DNA from: Octopus sinensis
Lineage: Eukaryota
NCBI RefSeq assembly: GCF_006345805.1
Contig: NC_043000.1
Location: 78,058,001 to 78,122,000, forward strand
DNA: 64,000 nt
Direction: 5' to 3'
The translations under genes and the position numbers were made by a program. A model generated the notes under the pieces. The model saw nothing but the letters and a program-made list of their open reading frames with translations, ran no database searches and had not been told where the DNA came from. Positions 14,671 to 29,228 of the stretch are shown piece after piece. Positions within the stretch are counted from its first letter, which is position 1, and each line of letters begins with the position of its first letter.

Positions 14671-14915
14671 ACTGTATTTCATCAAAAAATTTAGACCAAG
14701 TTTAAACACCCTGGGCCAGGAATATTAAAACAAAAGATTGGTCCTCCGAAAAGGAGAAGCAAAATTCCACCACGGCCGCTACCTTAAACAGTCACTCACA
14801 CTGACGGAAAGATGCCTTAGGGAAAAAGGGAAAAAATTTATAAAAAGATCTCTTCGAACAGATCTAACCCTGATGGACTGGCCACATACGATACAGCTAA
14901 GGGTCAGACCAGATT

Positions 14916-15217
14916 CTGATTGGTCAACACGTTGATGACGTCTCGTTCTGCTAGACTGGACAGGATACAGACAAGGGGCAGATCTAATACAGCTATAGGC
15001 CGCGATTGGTCAGAATATTGATGACGTCCCGTTATGCTTGACTAGTCACCCAACAGGATACAGACAAGGGGCAGATCTAATACAGCTATAGGTCGGGATT
15101 GGTCAGAATATTGATGACGTCCCGTTCTGCTTGACTAAGCCACCTAACGAAACGATTGGTCAAAACGTTGATGACGTCATGTTACGCTGGACTGACCACC
15201 TAACAGGTGATATAAAA
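14916..15217 (+). promoter_or_regulatory. Four tandem CCAAT(reverse)+CRE modules followed by a TATA box (LTR/pLTR U3-like)
   Basis: GATTGG at 14918, 15004, 15097 and 15154, each with TGACGT 17 nt after the ATTGG start. The last is a perfect TGACGTCA (15172-15179). TATAAAA at 15211-15217. Confidence 0.55.
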
Positions 15218-15764
15218 CCCAAACAATTCACAAGGTTCGCCAGAACTAACCAGCGAACACCGACCAAAAGTCATCACAGTTACTCAAGGTAAAATCTAAA
15301 ATGAATCGCTCGCTGTTTCAGGAACATCAATTTTTTATATTGACTGCATATCACCACTTTGATCTATCCTTTATATTGAATGCATATCACCACTATGAAC
15401 CACTGCATCATACTCTTTGAACATATAGCATGAACGAACTCACTTCACTATATATGAACTTTTGATGCCTGACTCTATTGTATGTTATAAATGAATTTTT
15501 TATATTTGATAGCATGAACTATCTTTTTTTATATATAACTTTTTTTGATAAGGTTCATCATTTCAAGAACCGAAACATGTTATAATGTATATATAAAAAT
15601 TAAAAATTAGTCTAATATAGCAGCATTTTCGAACTTCATTTTTTACAAATATATACCAACTCGTATACGAGCTAATCTTATTATAAATATATATATATAT
15701 ATATTTCGTTTTTGGATTTGGTTTGCAAGATTCTTTATACGAGTTCGTGTGTTGAAGCATAGTG

Positions 15765-15955
15765 TGTTGTGTCTGGGGAGAGTCATTTTCTTTTTGTGCC
15801 TTATAATGTAACACACTCACCGGTAAGACTATTGAGAAGGTTGCAAGACGCAACGATAATTTTAGGAAAATAAAAATAAGAAATAAGTGGAAATTTCACC
15901 GGTGAGTGTGTTACATTATAAGGCACAAAAAGAAAATTACTCTCTCCAGACACAA

Positions 15956-15957
<2 letters not shown>
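15765..15957. repeat. 60-bp inverted repeat (foldback/MITE-like), 73-bp spacer
   Basis: Arms 15765-15824 and 15898-15957 are reverse complements with 2 mismatches. Confidence 0.9.
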
Positions 15958-16005
<48 letters not shown>

Positions 16006-16029
16006 ATCCACAAATATATTTGTACATAT

Positions 16030-16150
<121 letters not shown>

Positions 16151-16321
16151 ATAAATATTAGGGAATGAATCCAAAATTACAGGGAAAATCAGATTTAGGG
16201 TTAAATCCAATTTTATAGTAAAATATTATATAATATAATTCGAGATAAAACCACTATTTTAAAACCAAACAAGGAAAGACTTAATCAATACATAAAATTT
16301 TAATATAAATTAAATAAACCG

Positions 16322-16365
16322 CCACTACAAATGTTTCATGTCTGCTACCGACAATCTTCAGGTGG
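16322..16365 (-). ncRNA. Minimal type I hammerhead ribozyme (PLE pLTR family a), copy 1
   Basis: CCAC-CUGAAGA-u-UGUC(ggUAGCA)GACA-u-GAAA-CAUUUG-UA-GUGG; cleavage triplet GUA. Confidence 0.8.
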
Positions 16366-16865
16366 ATTTTCGATCTAAAAATAGCAATATTTTAAAATAT
16401 AATTTAAAATAATTTAAAATAATAAAACAATAAAATTATCAATGAAAGAATGTAAAAAAATACAAATATAATCTATATATAATCTATATATAATCTATAT
16501 ATAATCAATATATAATCTAAAATAATCTAAAATAAACCCTATAAACAATTGAATATAAAAACCTATTATAAAAGTTCTCATATTTAAAAATGTACAAAAA
16601 CCAAAAAACAACAAGCAAAAAACAAAAACCAAAACCTAAAAACAAAAAACAAAAAACAAAAAATAAACTATATATACACACACATGCTCATACACTCAAC
16701 ACATTACTTATTCATACTTACTCACACACACATACAACACTCAATTCATAAACAATATACATATACCCGCTCACACATACATATACATACACATACATAC
16801 AGAACACGATATATACCAATATATAAACACCCACACCCATACAGATAAATAAATTACGCAAACAA

Positions 16866-16897
<32 letters not shown>

Positions 16898-19695
16898 TTT
16901 CACACATACATAAACACTCAAAAGAAAACCGAACAATTCTTAGCACGTGGATATCAAACATTTAAAAAAAATTATGAATGGAAATGAAATCCATACATAC
17001 AAGTATAAATATAACTATACAAACCCTAACACAATACACACAAATACACACACATATATACACACACCCACAAACATAACCATATACACACTCACACATA
17101 CATATACATACGTACAAGTCCCGATACAAACAAACTTTAATAAAACGACCATGAAAAACGAAAACTCATATATATTAATATATATATAAAAGAGTGTGTA
17201 CACGCAGACGGGTGCAATCACACGCACATTCAAAACTTACATATATATAAGTGCATAAATAATCACACCCAAATACATAGCACTCATACACTCCCACATC
17301 TACACTTACACTTGTACACTCTCACACATACATACACACCCATACCTACATACAAAAATTCTTATTAAAATAATCATGATCAATAAAATCCATACATACA
17401 AGTATAAATATAAAGATACAACCCATTACACAATACACACAAATACACACACATATATACACACACCCACAAACATAACCATATACACACTCACACATAC
17501 AAATAATACGTACAAAACTCGATACAATCAAATACGCACACGCACACAAATTCACACATACATAAACATACAAAAGAAAACATCTCTACACATAATACGA
17601 TATATAAAATACTCCATCAGATTATCATAAGTAACAAGATTAACAAAGGAGAAAAATAGACATACCTTCTAATCAGTATCAAATTTTGAAGTGAATAACT
17701 TTATCCGTTATTACAATAAACAAAATTGCGTTACCATGGAACCGAACATATAAAAATTATTAGCGCTGCGCAAAATAGCGTCTTTAAAATTATGAATGGA
17801 ATATAAAATTCTTAGCGCGTAGTAAACAAACGTAAATTAAAAAATTATGAATGGATATACAAAACGTTCTACAAATTCTTTAAAAAAACCATAAAAAACG
17901 AAAACTCATATAGATATTAATATATATATAAAAAAATGAGTGTGTACACGCAGACCGGTGCAATCACACGGACATTCAAAACTTGCATGTATACAAGTAC
18001 ATAAATAATCACACTCAATTACATAGCACTCATACACTACCGCATCTATACTTACACTTGTACACACGCACACATACATACACACCCATACCTACATACA
18101 AAATACTTATTAAACTAATCATGATAATGAAGTCTATACATACAAATATAAAGATAAATATAAAATCCCTTTCATACACAATACACACAAATACACACAC
18201 ATATATACACCCACCCACAAACATAACCATATACACACTCACACATACATATACATACGTACAAACTCGATATATACACTAATATTCATTCCCACACTCA
18301 ATAAAATATTAAGTAAATACAAAACAAAGAAATACCAATTAAATACTAACTATAATTAAAGTCTAAACTATATAACTAAAAATATATATGGTACTCTAAA
18401 CTAAAAACAAATTAATCTACAGTAACCTTTAATAGGGGGCTATTAATTTTATTAATTTATATATCATTTATGAATGAAATCCATACATACAAGTATAAAT
18501 ATAACTATACAACCCCTAACACAATACACACAAATACACACACATATATACACACACCCACAAACATAATCATATACACACTCACACATACATATACATA
18601 CATACAAATCTCGATACAAACTTTAATAAAACGACCATGATAAACGAAAACTCATATATATATATTAAAATATATATAAAAGAGTGTGTACACGCAGACG
18701 GGTGCAATCACACGCACATTCAAAACTTACATGTATACAAGTGCATAAATAATCACACCCAATTACATAGCACTCATACACTCCCACATCTACACTTACA
18801 CTTGTACACACTCACACATACATACACACCCATACCTACATACAAAAATTCTTATTAAAATAATCATGATAAATAAAATCCATACATACAAGTATAAATA
18901 TAAAGATACAACCCCTTACACAATACACACAAATACACACACATATATACACACACCCTCAAACATAACCATATACTCACTCACACATACAAATACATAC
19001 GTACAAAACTCGATACAAGCAAAAACGCACACGCACACACATTCACACATACATAAACATACAAAAGAAAAACAACATTCTACACATAATATGAATGGAA
19101 TATACAAACCTTTCTACAAATTCTTTAAAAAAACCATAAAAAACTAAAACTCAAATAGATATTAATATATATATATAAAAATGAGTGTGTACACGCAGAC
19201 GGGTGCAATCACACAGACATTCAAAACTTGCATGTATACAATTGCATAAATAATTACACTCAATTACATAGCACTCATACACTACCGCATCTATACTTAC
19301 ACTTGTACATACGCACACCTACATACACACCCATACCTTCATGCAAAATACTTATTAAACTAATCATGATAATGAAGTCCATACATACAAATAAAAAGAT
19401 AAAGATAAAACCCCTTTCATACACAATACCCACAAATACACACACATATATACACACACCCACAAACATAACCAAATACACACTCACACATACATATACT
19501 TACGTACAAACTCGATATATACACTATTATTCATTCCCACACTCAATAAAATATTAATTAAATACAAAACAAAGAAATACCAATTAAATACTAACTATAA
19601 TTAAAGCCCAAACTATAAAACTAGAAATATATACTTGGTACTCTAAACTAAAAACAAATTAACCTAAAATAACCTATAATATGGGGCTATTAATT

Positions 19696-20575
19696 TTATT
19701 TATCATGGAACCTATTATATAGGTAAAGTAATCTATGTCTACATTTTATTTTGCGCTCTTCACCTATATTAAGTAAATTATCATACTTATAAAATAAAAT
19801 TTCTTTAAACTCATTAGAGCATAAATAACAACAATTCGCTCCTATAGTATATGATTTAGTTTTACAAATTATTTCCCAATTTAAACTATAATTAATATTT
19901 TGTGATTTAATTCTCCAAATGTACTTACTAAGTCCAGTGGAGTTGATTAAGTTTTTATTTTTAAAAGAATTCATATGTTGTGCGATTCTTAATTTTATTT
20001 TAGAGGAAGTAGACCCTATATAAACCGCTTTTGGGTAATTATTCTTCTTAAAGTTATTATCATGTAATGTAACTATACATTTATACACTACATCTTTAAT
20101 ATCACATTTATTATTTAATTTACATTTAGATTTATCTCTACAAGTACAATTAATATATGTCTTATCCTTATTATTATTAACAAATAATTTATTTTTATAA
20201 AAATTATTCAGTTTAAATTTATTAAATGAAGAAATAATGTTACCTACATTATTAGTGGTGGAATAACCTACTCCAAAATTATCACTAGAGAAAATATTTT
20301 TATATTTACGATTATCTCTAATAAATAGTTCTATAATATCTAAAATCTCTTTGATAATATTCGTTTTTACTTGATCACCATAAGGAACTATTAACCAAAT
20401 TTTATTCTTATTCACCTTATTATAATTGTCAGTATTATAATTATTAAATTTAGAATTCTTCATATTATTAAAATTATTATCAGAATTATATACAGCATTT
20501 AAGGAATTATTAATGTTATTAATTTTATCCATATTATTATTATTTTTATTTTCATTTTTATTTTTATTTTTATTA

Positions 20576-20674
<99 letters not shown>

Positions 20675-20687
20675 TTTATTTTTATTA

Positions 20688-20718
<31 letters not shown>

Positions 20719-22270
20719 TTTATTTTTAATTTTATAATTTCTAATATTATACCACTAATACCAACAAATTATAATTATTATTATAATTATCTCGAAAATT
20801 ATCTAAATCTATATCATCAATATTATAAAATTTAATATTCCTATTATAACCTGCCCCTCTAAGGGCCTCATTATAATAAGTGGCATGTCTATTAAAAATC
20901 TCTATATCATAAGAGAGTAATGAAATACGTTTACTTATATTATTAATCAACGAATTTTTAATAGAATTTGGGTGATTACTATTAACATTTATATACCTAA
21001 GGTTCTCATTAATTTTATGATATGGTTGTGTTTTACCTGTAATTAGATTAAAATTAACATCTAGATAATTAACATTATAATTCTCCTTATATATAGTAAT
21101 ACTTAAACCATATCTTTTAAAGAAACTATATATTTTTTTCTTATATACTTCTAGATTCCTTTTAGTACAATTCTTTGTAATTAGTAGAAGATCATCTCTA
21201 TATAAACCACCCTCTATCTTAAGATTTTCTAATTGGAGTTCAGATAAAAGATAAATACCTACTAAATCAGTAGCTTGTGCAGAATCTGGTGCTCCCATAG
21301 GTATATCAAAACAATCCCTAGTATCATTCCTAGCCCATAATTTATTTTTATATTTAATGAGCGATTTCCTAGCCATTTTAATTACATTAACTTCTTCACG
21401 TGACATTCCCACTTTATTCATTGCGAAAATAAGTGCTTTATTAAACACAATTTCATTAATAGAAGAATAATAATTATCTATATCTATTTGAATAAATTTA
21501 AAACGATTTTTATCTTTAATATTATTAAACCATCTCAATGTATTGTTATTACTAAACCATAATTTTAAATAATTAAGTTTATTTAATTTATTGATATATT
21601 TATCTAAAATAAATTTACTTAATTTACCTAAGTCAGATTTACATGGGCAAATTAATCTAACTTTAGGGTCTGAATAAAAATTATCTTTATGGTCTTTAAG
21701 AGTAATTCTGGGGTTCAAAGGTACATATGGTTCAGTTTTATTATCCAATTCATATTTTAACATTACTAATTTAGAGGCCTTATTAATATTATAAAGTATA
21801 TCATCTGGAACAATTTTATATTTTTTAATTATTCTTTCCCTAAAAGTTATCATATAATTAACATCTAATTTATATAAATTCCTAGTTTTATCAGATTGTA
21901 CTATAATACCATCCATATTTCTCATATCTTTAATTTTAATTGCTAGGTTTCTTAAATATTCATTATTTCTATTGGGTATTTATAGAATTCAATATTTTTA
22001 CTATCTTCCATATATTATCTTCTAGTAATTGTAATTCTTTATTAAATGGAGGTTCCTTTCTAGATTTAAATTTAGAGGTAAAATTATCATTCCTACTATC
22101 ATTATCATTAAATAAATAAAAATTATAGTAATAAGCTTTCCATTTAATTCTAGAAATAAAATCTTTAACATTATTAATAATTTCAAAATAAATTCCTTTC
22201 TAGAAGGTATAGGAATATCTTTCAAAGATGAATCCCAAAACAGTGGTTCTATCTTACCTGTAAATTCCAT
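19696..22270 (-). pseudogene. PLE RT-GIY-YIG polyprotein, copy 1 (frameshifted)
   Basis: RT: IQIDIDNYYSSI, FDIPMGAPDS, GLYRDDLL. EN: VVYKC...VYIGST...RIAQH. Cys motifs CTCRDKSKCKLNNKC, CCYLC, KCRH. Split across ORFs 22022-22270, 20747-21925 and 19696-20532. Confidence 0.9.
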
Positions 22271-22499
22271 AATTACGAAATTGAGGTATTACACTCAATA
22301 TACAAAATTATCAATATATTAAATAATAATAAATATTAGGGAATGAATCCAAAATTACAGGGAAAATCAGATTTAGGGTTAAATCCAATTTTATAGTAAA
22401 ATATTATATAATATAATTCGAGACAAAACCACTATTTTAAAACCAAACAAGGAAAGACTTAATCAATACATAAAATTTTAATATAAATTAAATAAACCG

Positions 22500-22543
22500 C
22501 CACTACAAATGTTTCATGTCTGCTACCGACAATCTTCAGGTGG
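22500..22543 (-). ncRNA. Minimal type I hammerhead ribozyme (family a), copy 2
   Basis: Identical to 16322-16365. Confidence 0.8.
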
Positions 22544-23251
22544 ATTTTCGATCTAAAAATAGCAATATTTTAAAATATAATTTAAAATAATTTAAAATAA
22601 TAAAACAATAAAATTATCAATGAAAGAATGTAAAAAAATACAAATATAATCTATATATAATCTATATATAATCTATATATAATCAATATATAATCTAAAA
22701 TAATCTAAAATAAACCCTATAAACAATTGAATATAAAAACCTATTATAAAAGTTCTCATATTTAAAAATGTACAAAAACCAAAAAACAACAAGCAAAAAA
22801 CAAAAACCAAAACCTAAAAACAAAAAACAAAAAACAAAAAATAAACTATATATACACACACATGCTCATACACTCAACACATTACTTATTCATACTTCCT
22901 CACACACACATACAACACTCAATTCATAAACAATATACATATACCCGCTCACACATACATATACATACACATACATACAGAACACGATATATACCAATAT
23001 ATAAACACCCACACCCATACAGATAAATAAATACGCAAACAATCACACACACACACACACACACACACACATTTTCACACATACATAAACACTCAAAAGA
23101 AAACCGAACAATTCTTAGCACGTGGATATCAAACGTGTTGACCGCCCGTGGAGAATGATAAGTAAGGAAAATTTTTTTTAAAAATGCAGAATGCTCAAAT
23201 GAAAGAAAATTTTAATAAAATGAGAAATTGATAAAATATATAAATATATAT

Positions 23252-23292
23252 TATTCAACCGGTTTTCGTCATTGTATGACTTGTCAAGAATA
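23252..23292 (-). ncRNA. Variant hammerhead motif (family b, U3-A8 core), copy 1
   Basis: UAUUC-UUGACAA-GUCA(uacaa)UGAC-GAAA-A-CCGG-UU-GAAUA. Palindromic AACCGGUU at stem III, with one extra A after GAAA. Confidence 0.6.
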
Positions 23293-23749
23293 TTTATGTT
23301 TTAAAAAGTTTTTTTTTTAATTAGAAAGGGGAAAAAAAGAAAATTGCATTGTTTTTTGCAAAAGAATAATGATAAAAATGTACAAAAATAAAAAAATTAA
23401 AAAATAAGTACTCCGATACATTGTGAGTTCGTTGTGTATCTTCAGTTTTATGATTGTTCACGAAAAAATTACCTTGAGGTATTAAGATCCAAAGGGATTA
23501 AGAGCATGTGTTGTGTGGTTTAATTCAACTTCAAGAATAAGTATTAAAAAAAAAAATGAGAAAAACTGAAACGGAAAAACTTTAAATATGAACGTGAAAA
23601 TTATACATTCTAGTTTAGAGAAAATGACGTAAAGAGCCTTCACTACTGTAACTGTAAAGAGAAAGAAAAGAATGTAGAAGTTGAAAGAAAGATAATACTT
23701 AGACGAAAATTTTTTGTGTTCGTGTTTAGACGCACGTATACATACACAG

Positions 23750-23804
<55 letters not shown>

Positions 23805-25149
23805 CATTCGCGCTGACACACGCATATCCAAGTATATGGATATATACATACAACTAGATACACGCTCATACGCTCATGTATGGAGGAATAAATACATATA
23901 TATGCATAGGAACTCATATATGTAGGTAGACACACGTATATATACATCAATATACGTACATAGCATAGATTAAGATGTGCACATATTCATACGTAAAGCA
24001 AAAATACAGACGTCTATGCAATTATGACACACACACGTGTTAGTACATACGCCTATACATATAAGTTAATATATACACGCATATACATACACATACACAT
24101 GCACACATATATATATATTAAAATATATATAAAAGAGTGTGTACACGCAGACGGGTGCAATCACACGCACATTCAAAACTTACATGTATACAAGTGCATA
24201 AATAATCACACCCAATTACATAGCACTCATACACTCCCACATCTACACTTACACTTGTACACACGCACACATACATACACACCCATACCTACATACAAAA
24301 ATTCTTATTAAAATAATCATGATAAATAAAATCCATACATACAAGTATAAATATAAAGATACAACCCCTTACACAATACACACAAATACACACACATATA
24401 TACACACACCCTCAAACATAACCATATACTCACTCACACATACAAATACATACGTACAAAACTCGATACAAGCAAAAACGCACACGCACACACATTCACA
24501 CATACATAAACATACAAAAGAAAAACAACATTTCTACACATAATATGAATGGAATATACAAACCTTTCTACAAATTCTTTAAAAAAACCATAAAAAACTA
24601 AAACTCAAATAGATATTAATATATATATATAAAAATGAGTGTGTACACGCAGACGGGTGCAATCACACAGACATTCAAAACTTGCATGTATACAATTGCA
24701 TAAATAATTACACTCAATTACATAGCACTCATACACTACCGCATCTATACTTACACTTGTACATACGCACACCTACATACACACCCATACCTTCATGCAA
24801 AATACTTATTAAACTAATCATGATAATGAAGTCCATACATACAAATAAAAAGATAAAGATAAAACCCCTTTCATACACAATACCCACAAATACACACACA
24901 TATATACACACACCCACAAACATAACCAAATACACACTCACACATACATATACTTACGTACAAACTCGATATATACACTATTATTCATTCCCACACTCAA
25001 TAAAATATTAATTAAATACAAAACAAAGAAATACCAATTAAATACTAACTATAATTAAAGCCCAAACTATAAAACTAGAAATATATACTTGGTACTCTAA
25101 ACTAAAAACAAATTAACCTAAAATAACCTATAATATGGGGCTATTAATT

Positions 25150-26038
25150 TTATTTATCATGGAACCTATTATATAGGTAAAGTAATCTATGTCTACATTT
25201 TATTTTGCGCTCTTCACCTATATTAAGTAAATTATCATACTTATAAAATAAAATTTCTTTAAACTCATTAGAGCATAAATAACAACAATTCGCTCCTATA
25301 GTATATGATTTAGTTTTACAAATTATTTCCCAATTTAAACTATAATTAATATTTTGTGATTTAATTCTCCAAATGTACTTACTAAGTCCAGTGGAGTTGA
25401 TTAAGTTTTTATTTTTAAAAGAATTCATATGTTGTGCGATTCTTAATTTTATTTTAGAGGAAGTAGACCCTATATAAACCGCTTTTGGGTAATTATTCTT
25501 CTTAAAGTTATTATCATGTAATGTAACTATACATTTATACACTACATCTTTAATATCACATTTATTATTTAATTTACATTTAGATTTATCTCTACAAGTA
25601 CAATTAATATATGTCTTATCCTTATTATTATTAACAAATAATTTATTTTTATAAAAATTATTCAGTTTAAATTTATTAAATGAAGAAATAATGTTACCTA
25701 CATTATTAGTGGTGGAATAACCTACTCCAAAATTATCACTAGAGAAAATATTTTTATATTTACGATTATCTCTAATAAATAGTTCTATAATATCTAAAAT
25801 CTCTTTGATAATATTCGTTTTTACTTGATCACCATAAGGAACTATTAACCAAATTTTATTCTTATTCACCTTATTATAATTGTCAGTATTATAATTATTA
25901 AATTTAGAATTCTTCATATTATTAAAATTATTATCAGAATTATATACAGCATTTAAGGAATTATTAATGTTATTAATTTTATCCATATTATTATTATTAT
26001 TATTATTCAATTTATTTTTCTTTTTATTTTTATTATTC

Positions 26039-26080
<42 letters not shown>

Positions 26081-27705
26081 TATTATTATTATTATTATTA
26101 TTATTTTTATTTTCATTTTTATTTTTATTTTTATTTTTATTATTATTTTTATTTTTAATTTTATAATTTCTAATATTTATACCACTAATACCAACAAAAT
26201 TATAATTATTATTATAATTATCTCGAAAATTATCTAAATCTATATCATCAATATTATAAAATTTAATATTCCTATTATAACCTGCCCCTCTAAGGGCCTC
26301 ATTATAATAAGTGGCATGTCTATTAAAAATCTCTATATCATAAGAGAGTAATGAAATACGTTTACTTATATTATTAATCAACGAATTTTTAATAGAATTT
26401 GGGTGATTACTATTAACATTTATATACCTAAGGTTCTCATTAATTTTATGATATGGTTGTGTTTTACCTGTAATTAGATTAAAATTAACATCTAGATAAT
26501 TAACATTATAATTCTCCTTATATATAGTAATACTTAAACCATATCTTTTAAAGAAACTATATAGTTTTTTCTTATATACTTCTAGATTCCTTTTAGTACA
26601 ATTCTTTGTAATTAGTAGAAGATCATCTCTATATAAACCACCCTCTATCTTAAGATTTTCTAATTGGAGTTCAGATAAAAGATAAATACCTACTAAATCA
26701 GTAGCTTGTGCAGAATCGGGTGCTCCCATAGGTATATCAAAACAATCTCTAGTATCATTCCTAGCCCATAATTTATTTTTATATTTAATGAGCGATTTCC
26801 TAGCCATTTTAATTACATTAACTTCTTCACGTGACATTCCCACTTTATTCATTGCGAAAATAAGTGCTTTATTAAACACAATTTCATTAATAGAAGAATA
26901 ATAATTATCTATATATATTTGAATAAATTTAAAACGATTTTTATCTTTAATATTATTAAACCATCTCAATGTATTGTTATTACTAAACCATAATTTTAAA
27001 TAATTAAGTTTATTTAATTTATTGATATATTTATCTAAAATAAATTTACTTAATTTACCTAAGTCAGATTTACATGGGCAAATTAATCTAACTTTAGGGT
27101 CTGAATAAAAATTATCTTTATGGTCTTTAAGAGTAATTCTGGGGTTCAAAGGTACATATGGTTCAGTTTTATTATCCAATTCATATTTTAACATTACTAA
27201 TTTAGAGGCCTTATTAATATTATAAAGTATATCATCTGGAACAATTTTATATTTTTTAATTATTTCTTTCCCTAAAAGTTTATCATATAAATTAACATCT
27301 AATTTATATAAATTCCTAGTTTTATCAGATTGTACTATAATACCATCCATATTTCTCATATCTTTAATTTTAATTGCTAGGTTTCTTAAATATTCATTAT
27401 TTCTATTTGGGTATTTATAGAATTCAATATTTTTACTATCTTCCATATATTATCTTCTAGTAATTGTAATTCTTTATTAAATGGAGGTTCCTTTCTAGAT
27501 TTAAATTTAGAGGTAAAATTATCATTCCTACTATCATTATCATTAAATAAATAAAAATTATAGTAATAAGCTTTCCATTTAATTCTAGAAATAAAATCTT
27601 TAACATTATTAATAATTTCAAAATAAATTCCTTTCTAGAAGGTATAGGAATATCTTTCAAAGATGAATCCCAAAACAGTGGTTCTATCTTACCTGTAAAT
27701 TCCAT
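25150..27705 (-). pseudogene. PLE RT-GIY-YIG polyprotein, copy 2 (frameshifted, RT motif A Asp->Tyr)
   Basis: ORFs 27457-27705, 26007-27446 and 25150-26010. IQIYID instead of IQIDID at codon 26913-26915. Confidence 0.9.
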
Positions 27706-27935
27706 AATTACGAAATTGAGGTATTACACTCAATATACAAAATTATCAATATATTAAATAATAATAAATATTAGGGAATGAATCCAAAATTACAGGGAAA
27801 AATCAGATTTAGGGTTAAATCCAATTTTATAGTAAAATATTATATAATATAATTCGAGACAAAACCACTATTTTAAAACCAAACAAGGAAAGACTTAATC
27901 AATACATAAAATTTTAATATAAATTAAATAAACCG

Positions 27936-27979
27936 CCACTACAAATGTTTCATGTCTGCTACCGACAATCTTCAGGTGG
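27936..27979 (-). ncRNA. Minimal type I hammerhead ribozyme (family a), copy 3
   Basis: Identical to 16322-16365. Confidence 0.8.
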
Positions 27980-28677
27980 ATTTTCGATCTAAAAATAGCA
28001 ATATTTTAAAATATAATTTAAAATAATTTAAAATAATAAAACAATAAAATTATCAATGAAAGAATGTAAAAAAATAAAAATATAATCTATATATAATCTA
28101 TATATAATCTATATATAATCAATATATAATCTAAAATAATCTAAAATAATTAAATATAAAAACCTATTATAAAAGTTCTCATATTTAAAAATGTACAAAA
28201 ACCAAAAAACAACAAGCAAAAAACAAAAAGCAAAACCTAAAAACAAAAAACAAAAAACAAAAAATAAACTATATATACACACACATGCTCATACACTCAA
28301 CACATTACTTATTCATACTTCCTCACACACACATACAACACTCAATTCATAAACAATATACATATACCCGCTCACACATACATATACATACACATACATA
28401 CAGAACACGATATATACCAATATATAAACACCCACACCCATACAGATAAATAAATTACGCAAACAATCACACACACACACACACACACACACACATTTTC
28501 ACACATACATAAACACTCAAAAGAAAACCGAACAATTCTTAGCACGTGGATATCAAACGTGTTGACCGCCCGTGGAGAAATGATAAGTAAGGAAAATTTT
28601 TTTTAAAAATGCAGAATGCTCAAATGAAAGAAAATTTTAATAAAATGAGAAATTGATAAAATATATAAATATATATT

Positions 28678-28718
28678 TATTCAACCGGTTTTCGTCATTG
28701 TATGACTTGTCAAGAATA
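28678..28718 (-). ncRNA. Variant hammerhead motif (family b, U3-A8 core), copy 2
   Basis: Identical to 23252-23292. Confidence 0.6.
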
Positions 28719-29193
28719 TTTATGTTTTAAAAAGTTTTTTTTTTTAATTAGAAAGGGGAAAAAAAGAAAATTGCATTGTTTTTTGCAAAAGAATAATGAT
28801 AAAAATGTACAAAAATAAAAAAATTAAAAAATAAGTACTCCGATACATTGTGAGTTCGTTGTGTATCTTCAGTTTTATGATTGTTCACGAAAAAATTACC
28901 TTGAGGTATTAAGATCCAAAGGGATTAAGAGCATGTGTTGTGTGGTTTAATTCAACTTCAAGAATAAGTATTAAAAAAAAAAATGAGAAAAACTGAAACG
29001 GAAAAACTTTAAATATGAACGTGAAAATTATACATTCTAGTTTAGAGAAAATGACGTAAAGAGCCTTCACTACTGTAACTGTAAAGAGAAAGAAAAGAAT
29101 GTAGAAGTTGAAAGAAAGATAATACTTAGACGAAAATTTTTTGTGTTCGTGTTTAGACGCACGTATACATACACAGATACACACACACACACA

Positions 29194-29228
<35 letters not shown>

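Noticed and set aside
23415-23456. Third HHR in the PLE unit (aaaaCTGAAGAtaca...tgtatcGGAgtacTT, minus strand)
   Set aside because: The GAAA element is replaced by GGA and stem I is weak, so it is too degenerate to call.
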